Of a stretch of 42,072 nt of DNA, positions 8,326 to 17,556 are shown piece by piece (the first letter of the stretch is position 1; every line of letters begins with the position of its first letter). Source of the stretch: a virus (Duplodnaviria > Heunggongvirae > Uroviricota > Caudoviricetes). The stretch lies in IMG/VR virus record IMGVR_UViG_3300022555_000023, positions 72,095 to 114,166 of that record. The stretch is one strand, 5' to 3'. The position numbers were made by a program, and so were the translations under genes. A model generated the notes under the pieces. It made no database searches and had not been told where the DNA came from. It saw only the letters and a list, made by a program, of their open reading frames with translations.

Positions 8326-9606
8326 CTACACCTTTGGTTTTGCGTGACCGGCGTCGGTGCTGATAGGCGCGCCGGCCTTACATAACGGACACTCCTCGGC
8401 GGAATAACTTACAGCATCGAGGGATGCTATGGTCTCCAGGCTCACCATCTCCACGCCACCGCGGTTCAATACGGCTCGCTTGACCTGTACCAGCCCACCT
8501 GCGTCGCTACTGCCACGAACCAGACGATTCACCTCGGCGACTACCTTGTCCAGACTGCCGCCCGTGGTCAGGACATCCTCGACGATGAGAACCTCCTTCC
8601 ACTTATCGCTCCATGACTGGAACCAGAATCCATCGGTCGTCTTCTCCGCACCAACCCACGGCTGACCCATGATATCGCCAATCGCGCGAGCGAGCTTTGC
8701 ACCGCCCGTCTCCGGGCCGACCACCACATCGAAGCGGTAGCCGTCAGGAAGACTGTCGACGATCATCTGGCCCACCTGACGTACAGCATCGGCATCGTTG
8801 AGCAACACGTCCTTGTTAAAGTACTGCGGCCCGTGCCGACCAGACTTGTAGACGTAGTGCCCGTTCAGCAGCCCACCCAGTTCCTTCAGTGCAGATAGCA
8901 ACCAGAACTCGTCGTGAACCCGCTGTAGGGCTCGCCACCGCAAGATGCCGTTGGGCGGGGAAAGTATCGGCCTGCCTACCACGATGCCGTCAGCACCCGC
9001 CACAGCGGCCTCGGCGGGCGTCGTGACGCGTTTCTGGTCGCCCTTGTCCGAAGCCCAATCCGGGCGAATGCCGGGCGTCAGCTTCAGCAGGTCGGGGCTT
9101 ACCTGCACAGCCAGATCGGCTGCCGAACAGATCAGCCCCTGCACACCGGCCTCGGCAGCCAGCTTGGCGAACGTTTCGACTGCGTAGCCCGTAGATATCA
9201 CGCCGTAGCTGATGCCAGCCTCTTGTTCGGACAGGCTGGTCAGCACAGTGACGGCGAAGACCGCCGATTCACCGCGATTCTCAACGGCGGCCTTCATCAT
9301 ACGAACGCCACCGCTGGCATGCACGTTGAAGATCGTGGGATGAAACCGCCGAAGGGCACGAGATGCTCCTCCCACGGTATTGGGGATGTCCTTGAACTTC
9401 AGGTCGATGAACATCGGCCTGTTGCGGACGATGCTGACCACGTGCGGCAGCCCCAGTGCGGTCACCACCTCCAGGCCGACTTTGACACCGAACGGTCGAT
9501 TGGCCCTGTCCAATTCGTGCAGGGCTTCGATCATCGCATCGGAGTCGGGAACGTCTATCGCCACCCACACTTCAGCACGGGTAGCATCAAACATACGCTT
9601 CGACAT
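8326..9606 (-). CDS. pyrF-pyrE: Bifunctional OMP decarboxylase / orotate phosphoribosyltransferase (PyrF-PyrE fusion, UMP synthase)
   Basis: PyrF: VAID, GVKVG, FIDLKFKDIPNTV, NVHASGG, TVLTS, TPGIRP, DQKRVTTP, VVGRPI. PyrE: GHYVYKSGRH..YFNK, VGPETGG, VLIVEDVLTTGGS. SD AAGGAG precedes ATG 9606. Confidence 0.92.
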   Translation of the reverse strand: MSKRMFDATRAEVWVAIDVPDSDAMIEALHELDRANRPFGVKVGLEVVTALGLPHVVSIVRNRPMFIDLKFKDIPNTVGGASRALRRFHPTIFNVHASGGVRMMKAAVENRGESAVFAVTVLTSLSEQEAGISYGVISTGYAVETFAKLAAEAGVQGLICSAADLAVQVSPDLLKLTPGIRPDWASDKGDQKRVTTPAEAAVAGADGIVVGRPILSPPNGILRWRALQRVHDEFWLLSALKELGGLLNGHYVYKSGRHGPQYFNKDVLLNDADAVRQVGQMIVDSLPDGYRFDVVVGPETGGAKLARAIGDIMGQPWVGAEKTTDGFWFQSWSDKWKEVLIVEDVLTTGGSLDKVVAEVNRLVRGSSDAGGLVQVKRAVLNRGGVEMVSLETIASLDAVSYSAEECPLCKAGAPISTDAGHAKPKV

Positions 9607-9695
9607 GATTGTCTCCTTGCGATTAGCGGAACGCGAACGGGCCGAGAGGCACCGCATATTCGGCTGCGACACCTCCCGGCCAGAAACACGTTTCG

Positions 9696-10349
9696 TCAGA
9701 CGCTGACCTTGGCCTTGAGCTTGCCCAGGTCGGAGAGCAGGCGGATGGTCGACTTGACGTCGTAGTACGTCGCGTTGAAGGTGATATCGCTGATCTTGTA
9801 ACCTTCCTCGTCGAGCTTCGCCTTCAGGGCGGGCTGCTCCAAGGTCGGGTCTTCGCAGATCAGCTCACGCATGCGACGGGATCCGCCACGCTTCTCGCCG
9901 TCCGCGGCGGGAGCCTTCTCGGCCTTCTTCGGCTTCTCGGCCTTGGCCGGTTTCTCGGCCTTGGTGACGGCTGACTTATCAGCCTTGGCGGGCTTGGCCT
10001 TGGCGGGCGCGGGAGCTTCTTCGGCTGCGGCCTCCTCGGCGGCGTCGGTCTCGTCACCTTCGACCTCATCGCCCTCGGCTTCGGCCTCGGCAGGATCGGC
10101 GTCGGCGGGTGCGGCGTCGGCGGGTGCGGCCTTGCCGCCGAATCCCGGAATCGGACGCTTGCTGTCGTAGGATTCGGACGCGACGTTCATCCACTCCTGA
10201 GCCTCGACCGACAGCTTCTTCCAGTCGTCGTCGCCCAGGTTGTTGGACTCCAGAGCAATGCGGGTCAAGTACGTCTGCTCCGCTTCCTTTGACCCTCGCA
10301 CCTTTTGGCCTGTGGCCTTCAGCAGTTCACTTTCAATCGACATGATCAA
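9696..10349 (-). CDS. Two-domain protein with an Ala/Pro/Lys-rich histone-like linker
   Basis: N-domain is paralogous to 13665-14072 and 14600-14839; C-domain is paralogous to 21390-21602; KPAKAEKPKK repeats in the linker. Confidence 0.75.
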   Translation of the reverse strand: MIMSIESELLKATGQKVRGSKEAEQTYLTRIALESNNLGDDDWKKLSVEAQEWMNVASESYDSKRPIPGFGGKAAPADAAPADADPAEAEAEGDEVEGDETDAAEEAAAEEAPAPAKAKPAKADKSAVTKAEKPAKAEKPKKAEKAPAADGEKRGGSRRMRELICEDPTLEQPALKAKLDEEGYKISDITFNATYYDVKSTIRLLSDLGKLKAKVSV

Positions 10350-10543
10350 ACTTCTCCTTGGTTGGTTGCTCCCGCATCGGCGGGTGCTTCGGTTAAATTT
10401 TCAGGTTCCACGCGGCGAACCGATACGTCACCGGCAGCCTCGACTCCGAGCTTGACGCGGCAATCGGTCGACTCTAAAACCGTAACGGTAATTCGGTCGT
10501 CGATCACTATGCTTTCGCCCGGTTTGCGTTTCACTACATACAC
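10346..10543 (-). CDS. csrA: CsrA/RsmA-family translational regulator (copy 1)
   Basis: MYVVKRKPGESIVIDDRITVTVL...VKLGVEA..DVSVRRVE matches the CsrA pattern, with the R44-equivalent Arg kept. Confidence 0.8.
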   Translation of the reverse strand: MYVVKRKPGESIVIDDRITVTVLESTDCRVKLGVEAAGDVSVRRVEPENLTEAPADAGATNQGEV

Positions 10544-10545
10544 GG

Positions 10546-11070
10546 CTACTCGTCCTCAATGCCCATATAGGCAAGGGCTATGGCCATCACCTTCTCGTCA
10601 CCCCCGACCACGCGTCGCAGGTAATTCAAAGGCGGTTCGTTTCGCTTCTGGCGAATCGCTATGAAACGCCGCCCGCGATACCACTGGTTGCCGTCCACGC
10701 CAATGCGGGCCTTCAACCACCGTATCACCTCTGGCTCATCATCCAGACACACCTCGTCGTGATGTTTGTCCAGAACTTCTCGATCATGTTCGCCGAGCCA
10801 GAACCCACCGCATCCGCGGCGGGCTGCCGACTTCATATCGCGTTCCAGCGACCAGAAGCGGTTGAACAAGCACCTCTTGTAGATGCCCATGAAATGGCGT
10901 TCGCTTTTGACGAGTTCGCCGTACTTAGCCACGGCCTTGTCGAACACCAGGAACGCCTCTTGCATAAGGTCGTCCACATCATATTGCCCGGCCAGTTGAC
11001 GGGCATACGCAGCACACTTTCGTTGGGCGTAACCAGCAATTTCACCCAACCATCGACGGTACTCCCTCAT
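10546..11070 (-). CDS. Sigma70 region-2-like (ECF-type) phage sigma factor
   Basis: DVDDLMQEAFLVFDKAVAKY...FMGIYKRCLFNRFWS resembles sigma region 2. No clear region 4. Confidence 0.6.
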   Translation of the reverse strand: MREYRRWLGEIAGYAQRKCAAYARQLAGQYDVDDLMQEAFLVFDKAVAKYGELVKSERHFMGIYKRCLFNRFWSLERDMKSAARRGCGGFWLGEHDREVLDKHHDEVCLDDEPEVIRWLKARIGVDGNQWYRGRRFIAIRQKRNEPPLNYLRRVVGGDEKVMAIALAYMGIEDE

Positions 11071-11115
11071 AGAGCTATCCTTTCTGACAAACAGTGAATT
11101 AGCGAGGCATCGTAC

Positions 11116-11143
11116 ATCTTACCCCGAAGCCGATCCGCGTCAA
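11116..11143 (-). promoter_or_regulatory. Sigma70-like promoter upstream of the sigma-like gene
   Basis: TTGACG-N16-TAAGAT in an intergenic region. Confidence 0.45.
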
Positions 11144-11173
11144 GGCCGGTTTCGGATTCGTTATCGGATTTTT

Positions 11174-11353
11174 TCAGGGTAGGATTCGCGGCTGTTTTGG
11201 GCCGCTGTTTGGCGGTGCATTCACGCTCCGCTGGCGGGCCTTAGTAGCCCTCCGTTTCATATCATATTCTGGTGTTCGCCCTTCGCGGGCAGCCTGGTCA
11301 GCGTCGCGTTGAACCATCTGGCGAGCACAGTCTGCGGTACTGCGAATGGTCAT
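11174..11353 (-). CDS. Small hypothetical protein
   Basis: Start reassigned to ATG 11353 (ATGA overlap); 59 aa. Confidence 0.4.
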   Translation of the reverse strand: MTIRSTADCARQMVQRDADQAAREGRTPEYDMKRRATKARQRSVNAPPNSGPKQPRILP

Positions 11354-11727
11354 CGGTGCGTCCAATCGTGCGGGTTCAGCTTGGCGGCCTGCTCTTCCTT
11401 CGCCAGCTTCGCGTTGGCGTACCACTTGCAGACTGCGTCCCACTGCTTCAGCAGTTGTGCCCTGGGGGCCAGCCGCACCCGCTTGTAGCTCACGGTGCAG
11501 CTTTCGATAGCGGATCCACGAATTATGTTATAGGCCCACGTCTCGGAGAACTCGCGGGCCAGCTTCGGCGTCGTGCCGGCGGGCAGGATAACGCACTGCA
11601 CGTGGTCGCTGCCGCGACTGCTGACCAGCCTGAAGATCCACGCCTGTGGTTTGCCTCGCGGCTTCTTGGGCTTCTTGGCCTTCGCCGACTTGGCGGGGTT
11701 CGGGTTCTTCTTGGTGAACGTCTTCAT
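11350..11727 (-). CDS. Hypothetical protein with a basic N-terminus
   Basis: 125 aa, SD GAGGAGG, ATGA coupling. Confidence 0.65.
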   Translation of the reverse strand: MKTFTKKNPNPAKSAKAKKPKKPRGKPQAWIFRLVSSRGSDHVQCVILPAGTTPKLAREFSETWAYNIIRGSAIESCTVSYKRVRLAPRAQLLKQWDAVCKWYANAKLAKEEQAAKLNPHDWTHR

Positions 11728-12287
11728 AATGCTACCTCCTCGATTAGCTCACGCTCGCGGCGGGTCGCATCGACCAGCCAGTATTTCTTCGCGGCGTCGC
11801 AGATACGCATGGCGATATAGTTCTCACCGAATGCGATCAGACGAGCCATAGGCCCGTCGTCTTGGAACACCAAGTCGACTTGGCTACGGAGATCGCCCTT
11901 GCGGAATGTCAGACACAGCCTGCCGCACAAGGTCATACTATCGAGCAGGTCGTTGCGGCTATCGCATCCACCACCGTAGCGGGCTCGCAGACGTTCGACG
12001 GTCGCCGTGTAGGTACGAGCGAACTGGATGGCCTCCAGCAAAGAGTAGCTCACCTCGCCGGTCATGGCCTTCCGCATGAATTCCTCGCAGCCCAGTTCCA
12101 CGCCATTGCTGCGTTCCAGCCTGATCTTGTACGTCCGAATGGCCTCCCGCAGGTCTTCGATCATACTCCAGAATGTGTTCTGGCCGAGAGAAGGAAGGTT
12201 ATCGAACCACGCCTGCCAGCGGTCGTCGAATGTTGCCTGGGCGTTGCGGAGCGTTCGGGCGGCGGCGGTTAATAGCTCAGTGCTCAT
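11724..12287 (-). CDS. Hypothetical protein
   Basis: Start reassigned to ATG 12287 (ATGA overlap with the upstream stop). Confidence 0.6.
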   Translation of the reverse strand: MSTELLTAAARTLRNAQATFDDRWQAWFDNLPSLGQNTFWSMIEDLREAIRTYKIRLERSNGVELGCEEFMRKAMTGEVSYSLLEAIQFARTYTATVERLRARYGGGCDSRNDLLDSMTLCGRLCLTFRKGDLRSQVDLVFQDDGPMARLIAFGENYIAMRICDAAKKYWLVDATRRERELIEEVAL

Positions 12288-12598
12288 GACTTCGTGCCTT
12301 TCATTTGTTGCGGCTGTTTCGGGCAACTAATTCCGGGTTGCCCTTCCTTGCAGGTCAGGATGACCGGCTTGCTGGCCACCCGCAGGAAGATGTCGATCTC
12401 GTCCCGCATCTGCTTCAGTATCTTCAGGCTGGCCGCAGGAGTATCACCCTGCTCATACGCGTTGGGCAAGCTAGAAGTGATACGAGGCGTGTTGCCTGTG
12501 GACGTCCAGTCCGAATACGGAACCCATCGACTGAATCTTCCGACCCTAATGTAGTAACCGCCCGAACAGTAGTCGTAGGAAACCCTGATCTTCCTCAT
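12284..12598 (-). CDS. Hypothetical protein
   Basis: 104 aa, SD AAGGA. Confidence 0.55.
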   Translation of the reverse strand: MRKIRVSYDYCSGGYYIRVGRFSRWVPYSDWTSTGNTPRITSSLPNAYEQGDTPAASLKILKQMRDEIDIFLRVASKPVILTCKEGQPGISCPKQPQQMKGTKS

Positions 12599-12613
12599 GA
12601 TATTCCTTTCGGT

Positions 12614-13075
12614 TTACAGTTCACCGTTCACGCCGACGTTGGCGGCTGCTCGGTGAGCGGACATGGTCTCGCTCCGCATCCAGCCAAAGGGTGTGCGGGT
12701 CATACGGCCAGGATGCAGGAGGTTCACCACCCCCTCGTCGAACTTGTAGGTCTGACCGTTCGCCAACTTGGCGTGGATGGGCATCTTGCGGGCGCGGGGG
12801 TTGCATCCGCAAATGGTGAAGGTCTTGCCACCCTTCGTGAATGTCTTGCCGAAGTCCTCGGTCTCCAGACCGAACTGGCAGCAGCAGCGGTTGAATTCGT
12901 CTTGTCCAGGATTCGCCCCGTTTGCTGTGTTGACCACATCCAACTTGAAGGTGATCGAGTTGGCCATGAAACTGGCGTTGCCGAGCTTCAGGGTCAGGCC
13001 AAGTTCGGCGGCGATGCCGTTCAGCTTGGCTTGAAGTTGGTCGCGGGTCGCCTTGACGGTAGCCTTCGTGTACAT
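12614..13075 (-). CDS. Phage hypothetical protein
   Basis: 153 aa, SD AAGGA, directly downstream of the motif copy at 13133. Confidence 0.7.
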   Translation of the reverse strand: MYTKATVKATRDQLQAKLNGIAAELGLTLKLGNASFMANSITFKLDVVNTANGANPGQDEFNRCCCQFGLETEDFGKTFTKGGKTFTICGCNPRARKMPIHAKLANGQTYKFDEGVVNLLHPGRMTRTPFGWMRSETMSAHRAAANVGVNGEL

Positions 13076-13132
13076 GGTAGCTTTCCTTGCGGTGTTTCGT
13101 CGCGGGCCGGTCGGCCTCGCTATCGCAGGTCA

Positions 13133-13152
13133 TATCATGCAACCCGTGTGCC
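13133..13152 (-). promoter_or_regulatory. Sigma54-like GG-N10-GC motif, copy 1
   Basis: GGCACACGGGTTGCATGATA, intergenic. Confidence 0.7.
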
Positions 13153-13160
13153 GTTCGGAT

Positions 13161-13562
13161 TCATTTTCGGCGGCGGGCCAGACGCTGCTGTTTGCCCAGT
13201 TCGGTCTCCTCCTGCCAGACCCGGAAGCCGTGAAGCCGCCCATAGGTATTCCACAGGCGGGCGTACTGCGTTAAGGCCGTAGCGATGGTCAGGTGCTGGC
13301 CAATTCTGGTCTTGCGGCCCTCCTCGCCGAAATCGGTGAACGTCTCCACCGCAGCGTTCAGCAGGCTGCGTTCGCCGGTCGTCGCTGATGCCATATACTG
13401 GCGACGGGGCAGCTTCGCGGCGTGCTTCCGCAGTTGCTCGTTCTCGCGTTGCATGGCGGCGGTCAGCTTCAGGTGCTGCTCCCAGGCTCGGCGGCGGTCG
13501 TAGTCAGTACACCAGGGTGCCCAATCGTCGGGCATGGGAGCGAGGTCGGCTGTGCGGGGCAT
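13161..13562 (-). CDS. Hypothetical protein
   Basis: Start reassigned to ATG 13562 (SD GGAG). Confidence 0.55.
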   Translation of the reverse strand: MPRTADLAPMPDDWAPWCTDYDRRRAWEQHLKLTAAMQRENEQLRKHAAKLPRRQYMASATTGERSLLNAAVETFTDFGEEGRKTRIGQHLTIATALTQYARLWNTYGRLHGFRVWQEETELGKQQRLARRRK

Positions 13563-13664
13563 GATACGGTCTCCATTGTTTAAATACCCGTGCCGAGGTC
13601 GGCTGGCTTTCGCCAACCGTATGCCGCCCAAGGCATCTCGGCACGGGGAGCAGAAGTTCGTTGG

Positions 13665-14072
13665 TTACGGGGTTGTTGCTTCGACCTTGAAGGTCACGCT
13701 GCGTTCACCGCTGGTGATACCTACACCCACGTCGAAGTTCAGGTCGAGGTTGCGGAAGCGGTCGCTACTGGTCAAAAACTCGATGGCCACGCGGTCTAGT
13801 GCCTGCTGGATGGCCTCCTGAAGCATTTCGATGTGGGCCTCGCCAAACTTGCTCTTCGGCGTGACGGGCATCGGCGGTAACACGCCGTTTCCGTCCTGAG
13901 CCACAACCGAATCGTAAGACCACCTGCGAGCCTGTTCCGACATGCGGTTCCATACTGTCGGTGACAGATCGAACGTGGCTTGGCTGATTCGCTTCAGGTA
14001 ATCTTGCTCGTCCTCGGTCGGGCGGCGACCAACCTGGTTTGTCGCGGCCAGGATTTCACTTTCGACGCTCAT
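13665..14072 (-). CDS. Hypothetical protein, paralogue family A (copy 2)
   Basis: MSVESEILAATNQ...EDEQDYLKRI...VWNRMSEQARRW. Confidence 0.75.
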   Translation of the reverse strand: MSVESEILAATNQVGRRPTEDEQDYLKRISQATFDLSPTVWNRMSEQARRWSYDSVVAQDGNGVLPPMPVTPKSKFGEAHIEMLQEAIQQALDRVAIEFLTSSDRFRNLDLNFDVGVGITSGERSVTFKVEATTP

Positions 14073-14557
14073 GGTGATTCATCCTCGTCGGGCGTCAGCA
14101 CGAAGTCGTCATCGAGTATAGACTCGGTTGCGAAATGCTTCTCGCATACCTTGTGGATCATCGCGTCGAACGCCTTCTCCTGCTTCTCACCCCATCCATC
14201 GATGGCCTCGCGTACTGCCGGCAGGCCGCCTTGCTCGAAGATCGCAGGTATTTCTAGCTCAACAAAAATAGCCCAAGGGTAAGACAACAAGGCATGGTCG
14301 GGTAAGATCTGCTTCATCTTAAAACGAAGGCGGCGGAAGGCCCACCGATACCACCAACCCCTGCTCGTGGACTTCGTATACCACGCCGTGCGGTGCAGGG
14401 CCAGACTCGCAACCACATTGACTGCGTACAGGGCGAAGATCACAGCAACCAGCTTCGACCACCACGGGCCGCGAATGCAGACGAACATCAGATAGAGGTA
14501 GAACACCACCCCAACCACCGTCTGCACCCGCCCTGGCCACAACTTGAACTTGCTCAT
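14069..14557 (-). CDS. Putative membrane protein
   Basis: Two hydrophobic stretches near the N-terminus (VVGVVFYLYLMFVCI; LVAVIFALYAVNVVASLAL). Confidence 0.65.
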   Translation of the reverse strand: MSKFKLWPGRVQTVVGVVFYLYLMFVCIRGPWWSKLVAVIFALYAVNVVASLALHRTAWYTKSTSRGWWYRWAFRRLRFKMKQILPDHALLSYPWAIFVELEIPAIFEQGGLPAVREAIDGWGEKQEKAFDAMIHKVCEKHFATESILDDDFVLTPDEDESP

Positions 14558-14599
14558 GATCTTGCTCCATTTATCTTGCTGCCGAAGAATTCGCCCAAA

Positions 14600-14839
14600 T
14601 CATGATCCAACCGCGTCGAACGTCGGCAGAACGGCACCCGCCGGAATCTGCTTACACTCATCGTAAACATCGGACGCTGAATTGAACCAGTCCTTGGCAT
14701 CCTGTGACAAGGCATCCCACACCGACTCGGGCATGTCATCGACAGCCCATGCGATTCGATTCAAGTAGACCTGCTCGGTCTCTTCCGCACCACGTGGGTG
14801 TTGTCCAGTTGCCTGCAAAAGTTCAGTCTCGATATTCAT
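14600..14839 (-). CDS. Hypothetical protein, paralogue family A (copy 3)
   Basis: MNIETELLQATGQ...ETEQVYLNRI...VWDALSQDAKDW; SD AAGGAG. Confidence 0.75.
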   Translation of the reverse strand: MNIETELLQATGQHPRGAEETEQVYLNRIAWAVDDMPESVWDALSQDAKDWFNSASDVYDECKQIPAGAVLPTFDAVGS

Positions 14840-14898
14840 AACTTCTCCTTACAGATTCGCAATTAGAGTAAATGTAGTACGTTAAATCGTGCCAAGAC

Positions 14899-15579
14899 TT
14901 ACAGCGTAACTGCGGCGGTCGCGGCCTCGCTTTTGATGGTGGGAAACCGCAGAACGTCAACGAAGTCGTCGGGAACCGTTTTGACTACGCCCGGAATCCC
15001 GTCCGTGACGCTGCTGATGTAGTACCCTCGCTTGACTCGCGAGAAGACTAGCGGGTTGCCCGACTTCACCAAGAGCAGCCGCACCGGGTTGGCCCAAAGG
15101 CCCATCACCGCCAGCGGGCCGGTCGTTTGCTCCGCAGCCCACTTGGCTCGGTCGGCGAGGCTTCCAGGCCAGTGCTGGATGAGCTTGCCGAGGACTTCGC
15201 TATCGCACTCGGTCTGCAATTCCAGCTTGTACTGTGCCGCCAGTTCGCGGTAGTTATGCACCACACCGTTGTGGACGAGCCAGCCGCGACCCGCTTTGTG
15301 CGGATGGTTGTTCTCGTTAATCTGGACGTTACCGTGCGTCGCCCACCGAGCATGGGCTACAACCGCCAGTGCCCCGTCAACCTGATCGACGTCCGCACCG
15401 TTGTTGCTGGCGAATTCGCCCGGTCGCTTCCAGGCGTGAAGCTCACCCTGCTGATCGATCCAGGCCAGCCCTGCGGCGTGACCGCCACGGCGTGCTTCGC
15501 ACGCGAGAATGATCTTCTTCAGGGTTTCGATGTGCGGGCCGCGCCCGTCTTGACTGATAAAGCCACTGATTCCGCACAC
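14899..15579 (-). CDS. Class II (Ntn) glutamine amidotransferase
   Basis: N-terminal MCGISG nucleophile, HARWATHG, NNHPH, HNGVVHNY, DSEVL. Confidence 0.9.
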   Translation of the reverse strand: MCGISGFISQDGRGPHIETLKKIILACEARRGGHAAGLAWIDQQGELHAWKRPGEFASNNGADVDQVDGALAVVAHARWATHGNVQINENNHPHKAGRGWLVHNGVVHNYRELAAQYKLELQTECDSEVLGKLIQHWPGSLADRAKWAAEQTTGPLAVMGLWANPVRLLLVKSGNPLVFSRVKRGYYISSVTDGIPGVVKTVPDDFVDVLRFPTIKSEAATAAVTL

Positions 15580-15625
15580 AGTAATCTTCCTTTCAATATG
15601 GTGTATTGTTCTTTCCTGCTGGCTA

Positions 15626-15645
15626 TATCATGCACTTCGCGTGCC
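15626..15645 (-). promoter_or_regulatory. Sigma54-like motif, copy 2
   Basis: GGCACGCGAAGTGCATGATA; its TGA is the stop codon of the HNH gene. Confidence 0.7.
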
Positions 15646-16242
15646 ATAAGCCCTGGCCGGTTTTGTAATCGATTTTTCCACATCCCATCCGTGAGCAATC
15701 CGCATTCGCAGCGTACTTTCATTATCCAACACGCACCGTGCGTCCTGAAACCACTGACCCACCGTTTTCGTTTCGCCCCAGGCCGTGAACCACTCCACGT
15801 TCAAATTGTTGCGGACATTCTCAGCCTGCGTAACCCACCGGCAGTTGCCGGGAGTATAATTCTTCCTTCCGTCCTTGCGGTCGCATACCAGCCCGTCGCG
15901 GTAGCCGTTCGCCAGTGCCCAATCCCTGAAGTTCAGGTAGCGGTGCCATGATCGGCACATCCGTATCCCTTGGGCTCCGTAGTGCCGATAGCTGGTACTG
16001 TTACGGTTGTAGCAGCGGCCTCGTATCCCTTCCCAAATATCGTGCAGCCTTGTCCCGCTTTCTCCGTGGTTGTCGCGGGCCGGTATAGCCCGCCCTGCGG
16101 ACACCTCGACGTTCCAGGTCGTCTGGCCTAGTTGTACCAGCCTGCTCACTCTCGCGTAACACGGCGGGCACAGGCCCCGCGACAGGGCTTTGCAGCGGCA
16201 TCCCTCAGTCATACATTCGTCTGGCTGCGTTCGGCGTTTCAT
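15628..16242 (-). CDS. HNH-type homing endonuclease
   Basis: RLHDIWEGIRGRCYN...YRHYGAQGIRMC..W...DRKDGRKNYTPGNCRWVTQAENVRN. Confidence 0.85.
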   Translation of the reverse strand: MKRRTQPDECMTEGCRCKALSRGLCPPCYARVSRLVQLGQTTWNVEVSAGRAIPARDNHGESGTRLHDIWEGIRGRCYNRNSTSYRHYGAQGIRMCRSWHRYLNFRDWALANGYRDGLVCDRKDGRKNYTPGNCRWVTQAENVRNNLNVEWFTAWGETKTVGQWFQDARCVLDNESTLRMRIAHGWDVEKSITKPARAYGTRSA

Positions 16243-16259
16243 AACGTCCTCCTACAGCT

Positions 16260-16288
16260 ATTCTAGACGGGTGTCCGCGATTAGTCAA
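16260..16288 (-). promoter_or_regulatory. Sigma70-like promoter of the HNH gene
   Basis: TTGACT-N17-TAGAAT, then SD AGGAGG and ATG 16242. Confidence 0.7.
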
Positions 16289-16307
16289 CTAGCCATCACG
16301 GGCACAC

Positions 16308-16514
16308 TTACTTCAGCATATCTGGGCGATTCTGCTTTACCCAGTCGATCAGGTCTTGCAGATCGGCGGAATGCGTCACGCAGTCCGCGTTGGTTATTAC
16401 GACAACCAGTCGATCAGCATATTCGTCCGAAACTTCGTCCGAATAGTCTTCGACTGACATCACGCTAACTTCCAGACCCTCATCGTAACTGCGAATTTCC
16501 TGTTCTTCACACAT
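16308..16514 (-). CDS. Small acidic hypothetical protein
   Basis: 68 aa, SD AAGGA, downstream of motif copy 3. Confidence 0.6.
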   Translation of the reverse strand: MCEEQEIRSYDEGLEVSVMSVEDYSDEVSDEYADRLVVVITNADCVTHSADLQDLIDWVKQNRPDMLK

Positions 16515-16585
16515 GATACTCGTCCTTCTGCTCTATGGGTTTGGTTCGGTAAGGCCCGTGGGTGCGGGCGGGCTTCTCTAGACAC

Positions 16586-16605
16586 TACCATGCATCTGGT
16601 GTGCC
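16586..16605 (-). promoter_or_regulatory. Sigma54-like motif, copy 3
   Basis: GGCACACCAGATGCATGGTA, intergenic. Confidence 0.6.
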
Positions 16606-16611
16606 TTTGGT

Positions 16612-17487
16612 TTACAACTCGTCGCGGGCCTCGCTATCGTAGCGTTTGGCAAGGCGGCGAAACTCGGCCATGATCGTGTCGGCAGGAATCAGGTCGGGGG
16701 CGATCAAGCCGTACTTGTTTCCGCCGTGCCGCCGTGCATAGGCTTCAGCCCAGGCAAGGTAGCCGAGGAGACGCTCGCACTCACCCGCGCCCTCGCCCTT
16801 CTTCCGCCAGCCACCTTGCAGGGGCTTGGGCGACCAAGCTGGGCATCGCTTGCCGTTTTGGGCTCGCTCGACGATGCCCAGGCAAACCTGAATCCACCCG
16901 ACTATCTTCGTGGCAGAAATGCTGCCGCTGAAGATTCGGAACTCGACCGTCTGCTTGCCACCGGGCCGAATGTTGGCGAGGTTCAAAGCGTGGTAGCGGT
17001 CGGAGGTAGCGTGACGCTGCACCTGCGTTGGTCGCAGGTACTGCCGCACCGGCTTGCTGTAGCGTCCTCGCTCGCGAGCCTTCGTGCCCGTGATCGCGTA
17101 CAGTCCCTTCTCAAGGTATGCCACTATCGTGATGAGACGTTTCAGGCTTTCCGCGTTCACCTCGCTGCGGCTCTGGTCCCATCCGATATGGACGTGGACG
17201 CCGCAGGTCGTGTTGACGATATGACCTTTTTCCCGCAGGGCTTGGCAGGCGGCGACCACTTGGGCCATCCCCGCCGCACCGCGAAGAATCGGGCTGATCA
17301 CCTCGCAGGCGTTCTGGTTGCTGTTGTTGCAGCTAATGCTGCCGTCCCCCTTGCACCGCCATCCGTGCGGCAGGTAGGGAACCTGAACTGGCGACCCGTA
17401 AGCTCCGACCCGCAGGCCAGCGTTGCGGGCGTCTTGGCCCGCAAGGGTCTCGATCTCAACACCAAAGGTCAGCTCATTCGCGTTCAT
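16612..17487 (-). CDS. Putative amidoligase (COOH-NH2 ligase type 2, Amidoligase_2-like)
   Basis: TFGVEIET, KGDGSI, CEVISPIL, CGVHVHIG, RYHALNL, TVEFRIFSGS. Confidence 0.85.
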   Translation of the reverse strand: MNANELTFGVEIETLAGQDARNAGLRVGAYGSPVQVPYLPHGWRCKGDGSISCNNSNQNACEVISPILRGAAGMAQVVAACQALREKGHIVNTTCGVHVHIGWDQSRSEVNAESLKRLITIVAYLEKGLYAITGTKARERGRYSKPVRQYLRPTQVQRHATSDRYHALNLANIRPGGKQTVEFRIFSGSISATKIVGWIQVCLGIVERAQNGKRCPAWSPKPLQGGWRKKGEGAGECERLLGYLAWAEAYARRHGGNKYGLIAPDLIPADTIMAEFRRLAKRYDSEARDEL

Positions 17488-17556
17488 GTTTCTGCTCTCG
17501 GTTAGGCCCGCCCGCGTTTGGGTCTCGCGGGCGGGCGGGTTTGGTTTCTACCGTAG

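Noticed and set aside
10099-10128. 15-bp tandem duplication GCGTCGGCGGGTGCG
   Set aside because: It encodes APADA-APADA in a low-complexity linker, an ordinary coding repeat.
14881-14895. TTGGCACGATTTAAC as a twelfth sigma54-like motif
   Set aside because: It has the -24 half, but CG rather than GC at -12 and no ATGATA.
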